Positions 7,462 through 16,226 of a DNA stretch of 51,171 nucleotides are shown here, one piece after another (the first letter of the stretch is position 1; every line of letters begins with the position of its first letter). Both the position numbers and the translations under genes were made by a program. The notes beneath the pieces were generated by a model. It made no database searches. It was not told the DNA's origin and saw only the letters and a list, made by a program, of their open reading frames with translations. The stretch comes from a virus, in IMG/VR virus record IMGVR_UViG_3300032157_000012, positions 1 to 51,171 of that record. One strand, given 5' to 3'.

Positions 7462-7839
7462 CTAGAGCAGGCGACGCATGCTGTTGAGCTGCCTCTCGTT
7501 CCAGTCGGAGTTCATGTTCCCGTCGGTCTCAGCGTACAGCACCGACGTTTCACTGGTGTTGGAGCACACGCTGTTGTGGTAGACCCGGTAGTCGTACGGC
7601 GTCTCGTTCTTCACCGAGTAGGTACGGTCCGGGTACACCTTGAGGCAGGCCGTGTTGTTCCGGTGCCACTTGTTCTCGATCGGCGCGGCGAACGCCAGGT
7701 AGAGCTCGTAGGTGCAGATGTAGTCGTTCGGGCACGGGTCCACCGCCTGTGCCGCCGATGGGATGAACGCCTGCGCTCCCAGAGCCACGATCGCTGCAGC
7801 GATCAGCGTTCCGAGCCTACGCTTGAACCTGTCTCCCAT
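7462..7839 (-). CDS. small secreted Cys-containing protein (signal peptide); weak resemblance to actinobacterial I36 / beta-gamma-crystallin-like secreted proteins
   Basis: Trimmed to ATG 7839 (GAAAGGAAAAG upstream). MGDRFKRRLGTLIAAAIVALGAQAFIPSAAQA, then VDPCPNDYICTY...; 4 Cys. Confidence 0.6.
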   Translation of the reverse strand: MGDRFKRRLGTLIAAAIVALGAQAFIPSAAQAVDPCPNDYICTYELYLAFAAPIENKWHRNNTACLKVYPDRTYSVKNETPYDYRVYHNSVCSNTSETSVLYAETDGNMNSDWNERQLNSMRRLL

Positions 7840-8029
7840 GGTGCTTTTCCTTTCTCTCACCGAGGCACCAAGCGATGCCATCGAAGACTGTTGCGAGCAT
7901 GTTGTAGGGGTCACATGCACGTGATCCTTCACTGTCCCCATTACCGTTCGACGGCGGAGGATTGCTGGGCCAGGACGGACGTCCCCAGTCCCTCTCAGGG
8001 TTGGATTGTCCACGTCGTTGGACAAACAT
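7817..8029 (-). CDS. possible small P/G/S-rich protein
   Basis: Good SD (AAGGGAGA, 4 nt before ATG 8029), but low-complexity sequence and a 23-nt overlap with the next gene. Confidence 0.2.
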   Translation of the reverse strand: MFVQRRGQSNPERDWGRPSWPSNPPPSNGNGDSEGSRACDPYNMLATVFDGIAWCLGERKEKHHGRQVQA

Positions 8030-8073
8030 CAGGTCTCCCTTCGTCGTCGACGCAGTGGATGAAGTCGTCGTCG

Positions 8074-8925
8074 TTACAGGCTGCGAGGCTGAGAAGAAGC
8101 AGGCTCGTCAGTAGCAGCCTTAGCATCCGCGACCACTCCCTTCCAGTACTCAGTGTCTTCGTACGAGGTATTGTCGTACTGCAGATTCTCGCCGTAGTTC
8201 TCGTTCACTCGCTCCTGAGCCTCGGCGATGGCCTCGAGGCGCTCGACGCAGGTGCCGCACTTGCCGCAGTGGATGTCGCCTCCCTTGTAGCAGCTCCAGG
8301 TGTCCTCGAACGGGACGTAGAGGTAGATCCCCTTCAGAGCGATGTCGGCCTTGGACTGGCCGTGGAAGGGGGCGTAGATGACTCCAGTCACCTCGGTGCC
8401 CTCCTCCTGCTTGGGGATGCAGCCGAAGCCTTCGTTGCCGATTACGATGGAGGCGTTGACAGCGTTGAGGAAGCGAGGGCGACAGTCAGGGTAGACGAAG
8501 TGATCGCCTGAATGAACTCCGGTACCGATGAGGCGGTAACCGTTGTTCACCATGACACCTGCAGCGATGGACAGCATGATCATGTTCCGGTTCGGGACCA
8601 CGGTCAGCTGCATGTTGTCCTCGGCGTAGTGCCCCTCGGGCACCTCGATGAAGTTGCCCGCCAGGTCGGCGCCGACGTACTGCGGAGAGGTGAGGGCCGA
8701 GTTGCTGATCAGGTGGGTGATGCCCGTCAGGTCGACGATGTCGTGGCGCAGGTTGAGTCGCTCGGCGGTGCGCGCTGCGTAGTCCAGTTCCTTGACGTGA
8801 CGCTGACCGTAGTTGAAGCTCAGCAGGTGGGGATTGAGGCCCTGCTGCATCATCTCGTAGACCAGAACGGTAGAGTCCAGACCGCCACTGAAGATGGCGA
8901 CACTGTCGTGGATTCTCTTACTCAC
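8074..8925 (-). CDS. queC: 7-cyano-7-deazaguanine (preQ0) synthase with a ~55-aa C-terminal extension
   Basis: VAIFSGGLDSTVL, NYGQRH, VPNRN, CYKGGDIHCGKCGTCVERL. GTG 8925 with AGGAGGAG upstream; GTGA overlap with the primase stop. Confidence 0.9.
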   Translation of the reverse strand: MSKRIHDSVAIFSGGLDSTVLVYEMMQQGLNPHLLSFNYGQRHVKELDYAARTAERLNLRHDIVDLTGITHLISNSALTSPQYVGADLAGNFIEVPEGHYAEDNMQLTVVPNRNMIMLSIAAGVMVNNGYRLIGTGVHSGDHFVYPDCRPRFLNAVNASIVIGNEGFGCIPKQEEGTEVTGVIYAPFHGQSKADIALKGIYLYVPFEDTWSCYKGGDIHCGKCGTCVERLEAIAEAQERVNENYGENLQYDNTSYEDTEYWKGVVADAKAATDEPASSQPRSL

Positions 8926-11117
8926 TTGGCTCCTCCTGTAAGGGGGTAGTACGTCTGTCGAGACGTAACTGGATCACGCTTCATGGTGATCTGTCCACGC
9001 TGAATGAGCGTGTCGAACGTTTGTGTAGCCTGTGTCGCTGTGAGGTGATGCGACTGCATCAGCTGCGATCGACTGATGCCTGGCCGCCTGACGATCGACA
9101 GGAGCACCTTCTCGAGGTCCCGCTCTGCCGCCGTTCGGCCGATGCCATTCACTACTTCGATAGAGTAGGCTCGCCACTGCTTACAGTACCTGATGGCATG
9201 CAAGATATCAGCGACCTCTACCGTTACGCCTGTCTGTCCTACCTGTCGCGCCGCAGCTAGAAGCACTGCTGCCTTCAAGGTGTTCTTTGCAAGACGGTCG
9301 AAGAGAGGCGTCATCAGCTCAGGCTTCTCGGACTGAAGGCCAGACTGAATCAGACTGAGTTCGAGATCGTTGTACCTCAGCCATGCCTCAGGCGTTAGCT
9401 CAGCGTCTGTGCGCGCTTCTATCTGTGCGTGCTCTCCCCTTTCCTTGATGTGCACAGCACGCGTCTGGCCGTAGTGCTGCTGCATGTTGGTCATCTCGTC
9501 CAGAAGCTGTTGCTTGTTGCCTAGGACCTTCGCCGTTGGAGGACCCAGCGGTTGTAGCTTGGAAGTATCGGACTCCGCAGTAACGAATACGAACCGAGGA
9601 ATGAATCCCGAGGAGACGTGCTCGTGCGTGAGAAGACCTTGCACACGATTACGGATCCCACCTGCGAAGATGAGAAGAATCGGGTGACGTACAACGACTT
9701 CCTCTTTGCGTAGGACTCGCTTCTGCATCTTGCCATCGTATAGCTTCGTGAGTACCTCAGCCATGCCGGCATAGTAGTCCTTCTTGGTGATCATCTCTAG
9801 GAGACCACTGAACTCGTCCCTCAAGAAGATCGACGGGCGCTTCGGCCTCGTGGATAGTTGTTGCATAAGGCCTTCGACGCTGCCGTCCGTCGCCAGGATC
9901 ACGTCCTGGTCTACCTCCATCAGACAGTCCATCGCAATGTCCATCGCAGTGGTCTTCCGAGTCAGGGTAGTGTCGCCCAGGATCATGAACCACAGATTCG
10001 GAACAACTGGCCCGTATGACGTTGGGAGGGTCACACGCCCTGACAGGAGGGCACTTAGGATAGTGAAAGCACCAGCCTGGTGATACTGCGTAGCTGCATC
10101 TCCAAGAGAACTGGCCCATTCGATGTACCTCTCTACGAAGCCTTCCTGCTTAGCTGCGAGCTTCTCCTCTTCCTCTGTCATGAGATCGGCAATGTCGGCA
10201 CCAGGGAAGAAGAGAGCGTTTGTTCGTTCCTGGTAGGTAACGAACGCTCGACACACCTCCGTCCACAGGTGCTCTTGTGACTTACCATCACGACGGTACT
10301 TGTTGCAGGCACTTGCCCACGAGACGACGAACACTTCCTCTCGAGTCATACCCATCTCGAACAGGCACATCTCGAGCTTCCAAAGCTTCTCCGACCAGTC
10401 ACCTGTCTCAGGTGACGCGTGGTACAGTTCGTATGTGGTTGGGAGAAGCGCATGCTTGTAGTTCTGTAGGATGTCTTCCGCATCCTCCTGCGGTAGCTGC
10501 TCCGCTGAGGGCATAGGCGTCTTCAGGAACGCACTGTGCTTCACCTCGGGGAAGACACCGAAGTCGGTTACCGTATACAGGTTCTGTGTGACCTTAGTCA
10601 CCAGGACCTCAGGGTCGTCTGAGTACTTATGGTTGAGCGTCCCGGGTACTCGCAGCAGCTGAGTCAGGTCCCAACCACTACGGTCACAACCATCCTCCGC
10701 ATGGAAGTAAGCGAGACGCTTACTGGCATCTTCAGCGACGTGAGGCGCAGACACATGACTCAAACGCCACAGGGCCTGATGCCTACCTGGTGAAGACTCG
10801 ATCAGGATCGTAGGCTCTAGGGCCAACTTCTCCGGAGGACAGTTGTCCAGGTCTGCCCAAATGGTCGGGCAGCCTACTACGTTATCCTTTCGCCGTCGGC
10901 GCGACTCGAACACCTGAGGACAGTAGTACACATCACTGATGTGCTTACCGTCCGAAGCTGCCTGGGCGGCTCTCTCCAGCTCTTCAGGATACTGGAAGAA
11001 GCGTTCGGTCATCTCCGACTTGCCAGACGGTGTACGCGAAAGGAATGCAATGCAGATGTAGCCCCGGGCCTCAGGACCGAAAGCTAGTTTGAAGAATGTC
11101 GCTATCTTAGCTTCCAT
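8922..11117 (-). CDS. bifunctional primase-polymerase (AEP) / DUF3987-type helicase-like protein
   Basis: 731 aa. WADLDN, ESSPGRHQALWRL (prim-pol). Central LWFMILGDTTLTRKTTAMD...IFLRDEFSGLL. Confidence 0.75.
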   Translation of the reverse strand: MEAKIATFFKLAFGPEARGYICIAFLSRTPSGKSEMTERFFQYPEELERAAQAASDGKHISDVYYCPQVFESRRRRKDNVVGCPTIWADLDNCPPEKLALEPTILIESSPGRHQALWRLSHVSAPHVAEDASKRLAYFHAEDGCDRSGWDLTQLLRVPGTLNHKYSDDPEVLVTKVTQNLYTVTDFGVFPEVKHSAFLKTPMPSAEQLPQEDAEDILQNYKHALLPTTYELYHASPETGDWSEKLWKLEMCLFEMGMTREEVFVVSWASACNKYRRDGKSQEHLWTEVCRAFVTYQERTNALFFPGADIADLMTEEEEKLAAKQEGFVERYIEWASSLGDAATQYHQAGAFTILSALLSGRVTLPTSYGPVVPNLWFMILGDTTLTRKTTAMDIAMDCLMEVDQDVILATDGSVEGLMQQLSTRPKRPSIFLRDEFSGLLEMITKKDYYAGMAEVLTKLYDGKMQKRVLRKEEVVVRHPILLIFAGGIRNRVQGLLTHEHVSSGFIPRFVFVTAESDTSKLQPLGPPTAKVLGNKQQLLDEMTNMQQHYGQTRAVHIKERGEHAQIEARTDAELTPEAWLRYNDLELSLIQSGLQSEKPELMTPLFDRLAKNTLKAAVLLAAARQVGQTGVTVEVADILHAIRYCKQWRAYSIEVVNGIGRTAAERDLEKVLLSIVRRPGISRSQLMQSHHLTATQATQTFDTLIQRGQITMKRDPVTSRQTYYPLTGGAK

Positions 11118-11185
11118 GCACTGCCCTGTATGGTTAGGGAAGGTCCCCCGGCCAGGTGCGTGACCGAGGGACCCTCACAGGTGGA

Positions 11186-11665
11186 TCAGGAAGGCAGGAG
11201 AGAGCTGCTTCCCGGAGTGGCGTTGGCCGTGGGCGCCTGCGCCTTGTAGCCGCCGACCTCGTTCTTGCGCTCGTACGTCTTCTTCTCGCCGGTCGCGGGA
11301 TCGACAACCGTACGCTCACCGACGATCTTGACCTTGGCCCAGACCTGTGCGCCGAGCAGCTCCTCCGCCGACGGGATCTCGAGCTCGCCCTCCTCCGGCT
11401 GCTCACCGGAGAGAGCCGCCACGAGCTGCACGGCCGAGTAGAGAGCGCCCTCGAAGAGCATGACGTTGGAGAAGACCTTGCGACCCTCGTACGTTCCCTC
11501 GGCCACGGTGTGCTCGATGGAGTAGTAGGGCTTGCCCTTGTTCTTCTCCGACTTGCTCTCGCGGAGCTCGACGTCCGTCAGAGTGACGAGGTAGAAGCCA
11601 GACGGGATCGGTTCGAGAACCTTGCTGTCGGCTTCCTTGGCGCTGAGAACGACCTTGATACCCAT
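11186..11665 (-). CDS. DUF669-type phage ssDNA-binding / recombination accessory protein
   Basis: EPIPSGFYLVTLTDVELRESK..GKPYYSIEHTVAEGTYEGRKVFSNVML. Adjacent to the AAA_24-type ATPase. Confidence 0.65.
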   Translation of the reverse strand: MGIKVVLSAKEADSKVLEPIPSGFYLVTLTDVELRESKSEKNKGKPYYSIEHTVAEGTYEGRKVFSNVMLFEGALYSAVQLVAALSGEQPEEGELEIPSAEELLGAQVWAKVKIVGERTVVDPATGEKKTYERKNEVGGYKAQAPTANATPGSSSLLPS

Positions 11666-11668
11666 GCG

Positions 11669-12433
11669 TCAGTTTCCTTTTGTGTAGTAGTTCAGCAGTG
11701 TTTGCATCGTTACTGTTTCGTCGGCACCGATCACAGTCGGCATGCTAGCACCACGCACCTTGGCGACAGCGATGTCCGTCTGCTGGGTGAGCATAAGCCG
11801 TTTCTGCTCACCGTCGACCTCCTGGTTGTACATGAAGAGGACGACATCGGGGATCTGGGGGACCTTCATCTGCAGCTTACCGTTGAGCAACGGCATCCAC
11901 TTGTGCTTGCCTGTCTTGAGCTGAACACGCTCAGCGTGACAGATGAAGATCACATTCAACGGGAGGTCACGGTACAGCCGGATGAGACGCAGCAGACGAA
12001 CCTGCAGCTTGCCCCACTCACGGATGCTCGGGATGTCCTCGTCACGTGCCTCGTTGTCCGGGTCGAGCTTCATCTCGACCATAACCTGGTCCTTACACTG
12101 CTCCAGGATCTCGCTCAGCGAGTCGAGGACAACGGTACGGTAGCTATGGCCACCGGCCTTGAGCGCGTTGTACACGTCGACGTAGCCCTGCCACCGACGA
12201 ATCGGGAGGATCTCAACATCCGGGTGCTCGCGCAGTGTAGCCTTTCCTGCCTCAGCGTCCAGATATAGAACGTTTCGCATGGACGGAACACGACTAGCCG
12301 AACCTGCCAGCCACGTCTTACCAACGCCTGCCTCCCCGTAGATGAGCATGTTCAGCTTCTCGGTCTCGCCGACGTTCGGTCGCTCGATCGGTAGACCCGC
12401 GAAGCTGGTCGGACTGAGTAGTTCAGATGTCAC
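11669..12433 (-). CDS. RecA-fold AAA ATPase (AAA_24-like)
   Basis: MLIYGEAGVGKTWLAGSA (Walker A), TVVLDSLSE (Walker B). Confidence 0.8.
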   Translation of the reverse strand: MTSELLSPTSFAGLPIERPNVGETEKLNMLIYGEAGVGKTWLAGSASRVPSMRNVLYLDAEAGKATLREHPDVEILPIRRWQGYVDVYNALKAGGHSYRTVVLDSLSEILEQCKDQVMVEMKLDPDNEARDEDIPSIREWGKLQVRLLRLIRLYRDLPLNVIFICHAERVQLKTGKHKWMPLLNGKLQMKVPQIPDVVLFMYNQEVDGEQKRLMLTQQTDIAVAKVRGASMPTVIGADETVTMQTLLNYYTKGN

Positions 12434-12687
12434 TTTGTTCCCCTTACCCAGCAGATGCAGCAGTCGATGTCTTCAGGGATGATGTGGCCTGCTCGTCTGG
12501 GATCGTCGAGACAGTGATGGCCCGGACAGGGGTGCTCGTGGTCGAGCACGTTAATTGCGGAGACTCCGACACCCTTGTAGCCGAGGGCCTGTAGTGCCTC
12601 ACCGAGCTCACGCTCAGCTACATCACCATCGGTAACCATGACGATCGTGAAACGCTGAGTGGTACTAGGAGGCGTGTACTCGATCAT
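12430..12687 (-). CDS. hypothetical Cys/His-rich protein
   Basis: Trimmed to ATG 12687. 4-nt overlap with the downstream gene. HEHPCPGHHC...CCIC. Confidence 0.5.
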   Translation of the reverse strand: MIEYTPPSTTQRFTIVMVTDGDVAERELGEALQALGYKGVGVSAINVLDHEHPCPGHHCLDDPRRAGHIIPEDIDCCICWVRGTK

Positions 12688-12784
12688 CGCTTCCACCTTT
12701 TCGGACAGTAGATACAACCAGGAGTCTCGAAGGCGACGAAGCTAACCGTGTGCCAGCCAAGGATGTGACACTTGAACCACTGCT

Positions 12785-14071
12785 TCACGCCGGCTCCATT
12801 CGCTTGTCGGTCGACGGCGGAGCGTCTTCCCAGTAGTGACGGTCGAGCTTCTGGAACATCGTGTCGAGGCTGTACTGGTAGTCCTCGCCACGGTTCTTGC
12901 CGAGACACGGTTCCCAGAAGGCGCAGCCTGAACTGGGTGAGAAGCCCTTGCAGTGGAAGCGGCCAGCGTTCGGGTAGATGAAGAGGTCAGGATTGGTCAT
13001 CTCCTTAGCCTCCATCCAGATGTTGATGCCTGCCTGGCGACATTCCTCAGCGTTGCGATGGATGATGTGCCGGCGGTGGAACTGTGGTCCCTCTTCCCGC
13101 AGGTATGCGATGAAGTCGTCGTACAGGCCGAGCGCATACGCTCCGGGATCGTTCTCCTTGACCGTGTCTTCGTACAGCTTCGCGTTTGTGTTCATCTGCT
13201 TGGAGACGGAGAAGGCACGCCCGAGGCGAACCGACTTCAGTGGCTCAGGCTCTTCAGGTACTGCCTTCTTGATCTCCGCGTAGATGAACCCTGCCACGTT
13301 GAGGCCGATGAGCCGTAGCGCCCAGACGTACCGGGTGATCTGGTCATCGTTCCAGAGGTACTCGTCGGAGGCCTCGGTCCCGCTGAGACGCATCGCGGTC
13401 TTCCAGTCACCGATCCAGAGCCTGCCCTGTTCATCCTCCATCAGGATGTCCAGGCGACCTCCGTAGGTGACAGGAAGCCCTCTCCAGCTCCTCTTGTGTA
13501 CCTCCCAGTCGGTGGCATAGTCCTGGTCTTCTGTCCAGGCTGCGTACGACTTCTTGTAGCGGCGCCAGCAGTGGTCACACTTGCACCAGAGGTCCTGCTC
13601 CCCCGAGTCAGGATTGCTGATGGGAACTTCGAACTTGATCTCGACCTTGAGGGGCTTCAGGCCCTTGTCGTAGATGGGTGCCACATGGCCGAAGTAGTAC
13701 TTCAGCATTCCGACACCGACGTTGACACGATCGTCGTAGTCAGCAGCCGTCTCAGGGTCGATGCCATGGTTCAGCTTGACGAACTTGGCTCGCTGCTCTT
13801 CCGTGACCTGCTTGAACTTTGCCAATGCTAACTGCAGTGCAGCATTGGGATCAGGGTTGACAAACAGTCCAAGGTAGAACTTGTAGTACTCTTCCATAGC
13901 GGCGTGGAAAGCTACGCCGAACTCCAAGGGCCGAGCTGTGATGGTCGGGTAGTAGAACTGACGAGAGATCCAGTCCCACCGACGACGACAGCCTCGAAAG
14001 CTCCGGCTCTCGCTGGTGTGGATACTGTGCGTCAGTCCTGCATTGATGTAGTCATTGACAGTTTCCAGCAT
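12785..14071 (-). CDS. PD-(D/E)XK (RecB/Cas4-like) exonuclease with an Fe-S Cys cluster
   Basis: 428 aa. N-terminal Cys (SFRGCRRRW) plus C-terminal HCKGFSPSSGCAFWEPC. GGRLDILMED...IGDWKT nuclease core. Confidence 0.75.
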   Translation of the reverse strand: MLETVNDYINAGLTHSIHTSESRSFRGCRRRWDWISRQFYYPTITARPLEFGVAFHAAMEEYYKFYLGLFVNPDPNAALQLALAKFKQVTEEQRAKFVKLNHGIDPETAADYDDRVNVGVGMLKYYFGHVAPIYDKGLKPLKVEIKFEVPISNPDSGEQDLWCKCDHCWRRYKKSYAAWTEDQDYATDWEVHKRSWRGLPVTYGGRLDILMEDEQGRLWIGDWKTAMRLSGTEASDEYLWNDDQITRYVWALRLIGLNVAGFIYAEIKKAVPEEPEPLKSVRLGRAFSVSKQMNTNAKLYEDTVKENDPGAYALGLYDDFIAYLREEGPQFHRRHIIHRNAEECRQAGINIWMEAKEMTNPDLFIYPNAGRFHCKGFSPSSGCAFWEPCLGKNRGEDYQYSLDTMFQKLDRHYWEDAPPSTDKRMEPA

Positions 14072-14107
14072 GAGAGTTCCCTCGTTGTGTTGTTCTTTGT
14101 AACTCTT

Positions 14108-14136
14108 AGTTTACTCTGTCCTCAATGGGAAATCAC
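14108..14136 (-). promoter_or_regulatory. sigma70-like promoter (class II): GTGATT-N17-TAAACT
   Basis: - strand reads gcGTGATTtcccattgaggacagagTAAACT. Near-identical to the 20918-20946 site. About 30-nt leader with GAGGGA before ATG 14071. Confidence 0.55.
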
Positions 14137-14300
14137 GCCTCGCGCTTGGTGTCATCTTCGATGTCGTAGTATGCCCAGATACCAGTCAGCATCTCAATAG
14201 TGTATACTAGCGTCCAGAATGTATCGCCCGCGAGAGCGCTATAGCAAGCCGCGCCGAACGCGATGACGGCTGAGTACTTAATGAGACGACGGAGTCGCAC
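14133..14300 (-). CDS. small membrane protein (2 TM)
   Basis: Trimmed to GTG 14300 (TAGTG overlap). IKYSAVIAFGAACYSAL...FWTLVYTIEMLTGIWAYY. Confidence 0.5.
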   Translation of the reverse strand: MRLRRLIKYSAVIAFGAACYSALAGDTFWTLVYTIEMLTGIWAYYDIEDDTKREA

Positions 14301-14689
14301 TACCTCTCTTCCTTCCTGTACACCCACCCGCGTCCGTCGGAACGGAAGCCGATGTAGTAGGGGATCTCCTGAGGCTTCCAGTCAACACGCGTGAGGTCCT
14401 TGGGATGCTGCATGGCACCAGGACGAGGCTTCGCACACTTCGGATGTACGAGCCACCGGTACTTGGACGTAGGTGCAGCCTTACCATCGTAGTCAGGACA
14501 CGTACAGAACTGGGTCGGCTTAGCCCACACTGCAGCGACCTTTGCACCTTCAATGGGCTTGTAGCCAAACGACTTAGAGCCGTCGCCATTCTTGACGGAG
14601 AAGCTCATGATGGCTTCTCCGTTCTTGATCGCCTCAACGAAGGTATCAGCCTCTTCATTGTCCGGGATCTCGAGCAGTACAAGGCGCAT
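14300..14689 (-). CDS. hypothetical protein
   Basis: 129-aa ORF in the gene train; 1-nt overlap with the upstream gene. Confidence 0.6.
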   Translation of the reverse strand: MRLVLLEIPDNEEADTFVEAIKNGEAIMSFSVKNGDGSKSFGYKPIEGAKVAAVWAKPTQFCTCPDYDGKAAPTSKYRWLVHPKCAKPRPGAMQHPKDLTRVDWKPQEIPYYIGFRSDGRGWVYRKEER

Positions 14690-15093
14690 CAGTACACCTT
14701 CATTTCCTTGACGTTACTGTGAATGTTGTCTAGGTTACTGTCCAGGTTCTGTAGTAGCCGAACCTGCTCCTTGAGTAGCCTGTTGGTCTGCTGCTGTTCG
14801 TACACAAGCTGAAGCACAGCGGAGGCAATGGCCGCGATACCGAACGTTCGCGACTGAGCCATGTGCCACCTGTTGTCGGCAATGAGCTGCTTGCCTTGCT
14901 GTGAGGTGGCGTAGCGATACTTCGCATCCTCGGGACCCATGTTCGGGTGCTTCTCGGTATAGGCCTGCTGGCTGGCCTGTAGCTGACCAGCGTAGAAGAG
15001 CTCTCTTGCCTCGATAGCCTTACCCAGGTACTTGAACACGGTACCAACGGTCGTGTGGAGTTTGGATGTGCTGTTAGTTCCCATGTTAAACAT
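14689..15093 (-). CDS. hypothetical protein (start uncertain: ATG 15093/15084 or GTG 15039)
   Basis: 134-aa ORF. Its first 18 codons coincide with the core and inverted arm of regulatory element 15052-15125. Confidence 0.55.
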   Translation of the reverse strand: MFNMGTNSTSKLHTTVGTVFKYLGKAIEARELFYAGQLQASQQAYTEKHPNMGPEDAKYRYATSQQGKQLIADNRWHMAQSRTFGIAAIASAVLQLVYEQQQTNRLLKEQVRLLQNLDSNLDNIHSNVKEMKVY

Positions 15094-15125
15094 CTCCCTT
15101 CGTCTCCACTACAGAACTCCACACG
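15052..15125 (-). promoter_or_regulatory. full tripartite element: CGTGTGGAGTT-N21-ATGTTTAACAT-N19-AAACTCCACACG (- strand)
   Basis: Arms at 15115-15125 and 15052-15063; core at 15083-15093. A variant arm CGTGTGGAGAA lies at 15200-15210, and the inverted repeat acgttaaa/tttaacgt at 15136-15164. Confidence 0.7.
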
Positions 15126-15218
15126 CCTCGTGGATACGTTAAAAGCCCGAAATGGATTTAACGTCAATCTCAAGATCCTACAATTTCCTGAGATACGAAC
15201 GTGTGGAGAACTGTAGCG

Positions 15219-15443
15219 TTACGAGTGAGTTACAGACCCGTACTCGTCATGCTCGTGGAACTTGCAGTTGGAGTCCTGGATTCCATCCGCTGTGAGTACG
15301 TCCTTCCTGTGGTGGTGAACGTAGGTAGTGTGACCTGCCTTGTCGAGTCGTCGCTGGGCCTGTGTAGCGACGACACTGGCATCAACCACTCCGGGCACGA
15401 CGTAGACGTGTACGTCGGCCTTCACTCCTTGGTGCTCAGGCAT
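15219..15443 (-). CDS. hypothetical protein
   Basis: 74-aa ORF; 8-nt overlap with the upstream gene. Confidence 0.5.
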   Translation of the reverse strand: MPEHQGVKADVHVYVVPGVVDASVVATQAQRRLDKAGHTTYVHHHRKDVLTADGIQDSNCKFHEHDEYGSVTHS

Positions 15444-15636
15444 CTGGCATCCCCATTGGCATGTACTGTACGGTCAGGAAGGAGTTCTTCAGTGACAAGA
15501 GAAGCTGGAACGCCTCTGCCCTTGAGAAGCCCTTGGCCATCCAGCTCTCCAGCATCTCTGCGTCCAGCCGTGAAGCAGCATCGATGTCGGTGATGCCCGT
15601 CATCGCGCTGAGCTCTTCGTCGGACGGAGGCATCAC
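15436..15636 (-). CDS. hypothetical protein
   Basis: 66-aa ORF; 4-nt overlap with the upstream gene. Confidence 0.5.
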   Translation of the reverse strand: MMPPSDEELSAMTGITDIDAASRLDAEMLESWMAKGFSRAEAFQLLLSLKNSFLTVQYMPMGMPDA

Positions 15637-15893
15637 TCAACAGCCTCCCACTTGAGCTCCTCGATGTCCGAACTGCCGAACTCGAGAAGGTCGTCCAGGC
15701 CGAACTCGCCTTTCTCGTAGGCTTCGCGATCGGCCTCTACCATGCTCTGCACCGTGAGCGTTTCGATCTCCTCGTCAGTGCGAGTGTGTATCACACCAGC
15801 CTCGTCGTACCAGTACCTATAGTCCTTCCTAACGGGAGTGTACTCCTTGACGATGGTGACACGGATCTTTCCTGTCTTCTCGGGCTCAGTCAT
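15633..15893 (-). CDS. hypothetical acidic protein
   Basis: 86-aa ORF; 4-nt overlaps on both sides. Confidence 0.55.
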   Translation of the reverse strand: MTEPEKTGKIRVTIVKEYTPVRKDYRYWYDEAGVIHTRTDEEIETLTVQSMVEADREAYEKGEFGLDDLLEFGSSDIEELKWEAVE

Positions 15894-16216
15894 CGCCAGG
15901 TCCTCCTGTAGGTGTCACGGTGCTGCGGGTTGACGGTCGTGGACTTGTGCTTGACCTGGCAGGCCGCGGCGTAGCTGACGGTGACCTCTCGGCCGTAGGG
16001 GAGGCCGCGCTCGTTGAAGGTACCGTCCTGCCTCACGATCACCTCGTGCTTGGCGAGAGCGTGAGGACAGATCGTGCCTGCCTTCTGTCCCATGATCGGA
16101 AGGCTCATGAGGTGCTTGGCGTGGTAGGGGAGTCGGTTCTTCTTCTTGGGGTTACGCTTCTTGGTCGCCACTCCCTGCTGACCGTGAGCGTCGAACCAGG
16201 GCTGTCCGTGGTACAT
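15890..16216 (-). CDS. hypothetical basic protein
   Basis: 108-aa ORF; KKRNPKKKNR stretch. Confidence 0.55.
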   Translation of the reverse strand: MYHGQPWFDAHGQQGVATKKRNPKKKNRLPYHAKHLMSLPIMGQKAGTICPHALAKHEVIVRQDGTFNERGLPYGREVTVSYAAACQVKHKSTTVNPQHRDTYRRTWR

Positions 16217-16226
16217 GCTGCTCTCC

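Noticed and set aside
7093-8511. 472-aa + strand ORF
   Set aside because: It runs antisense to the motif-bearing queC and the secreted-protein gene. It has a V/R/L/H-rich shadow-ORF composition typical of GC-rich DNA.
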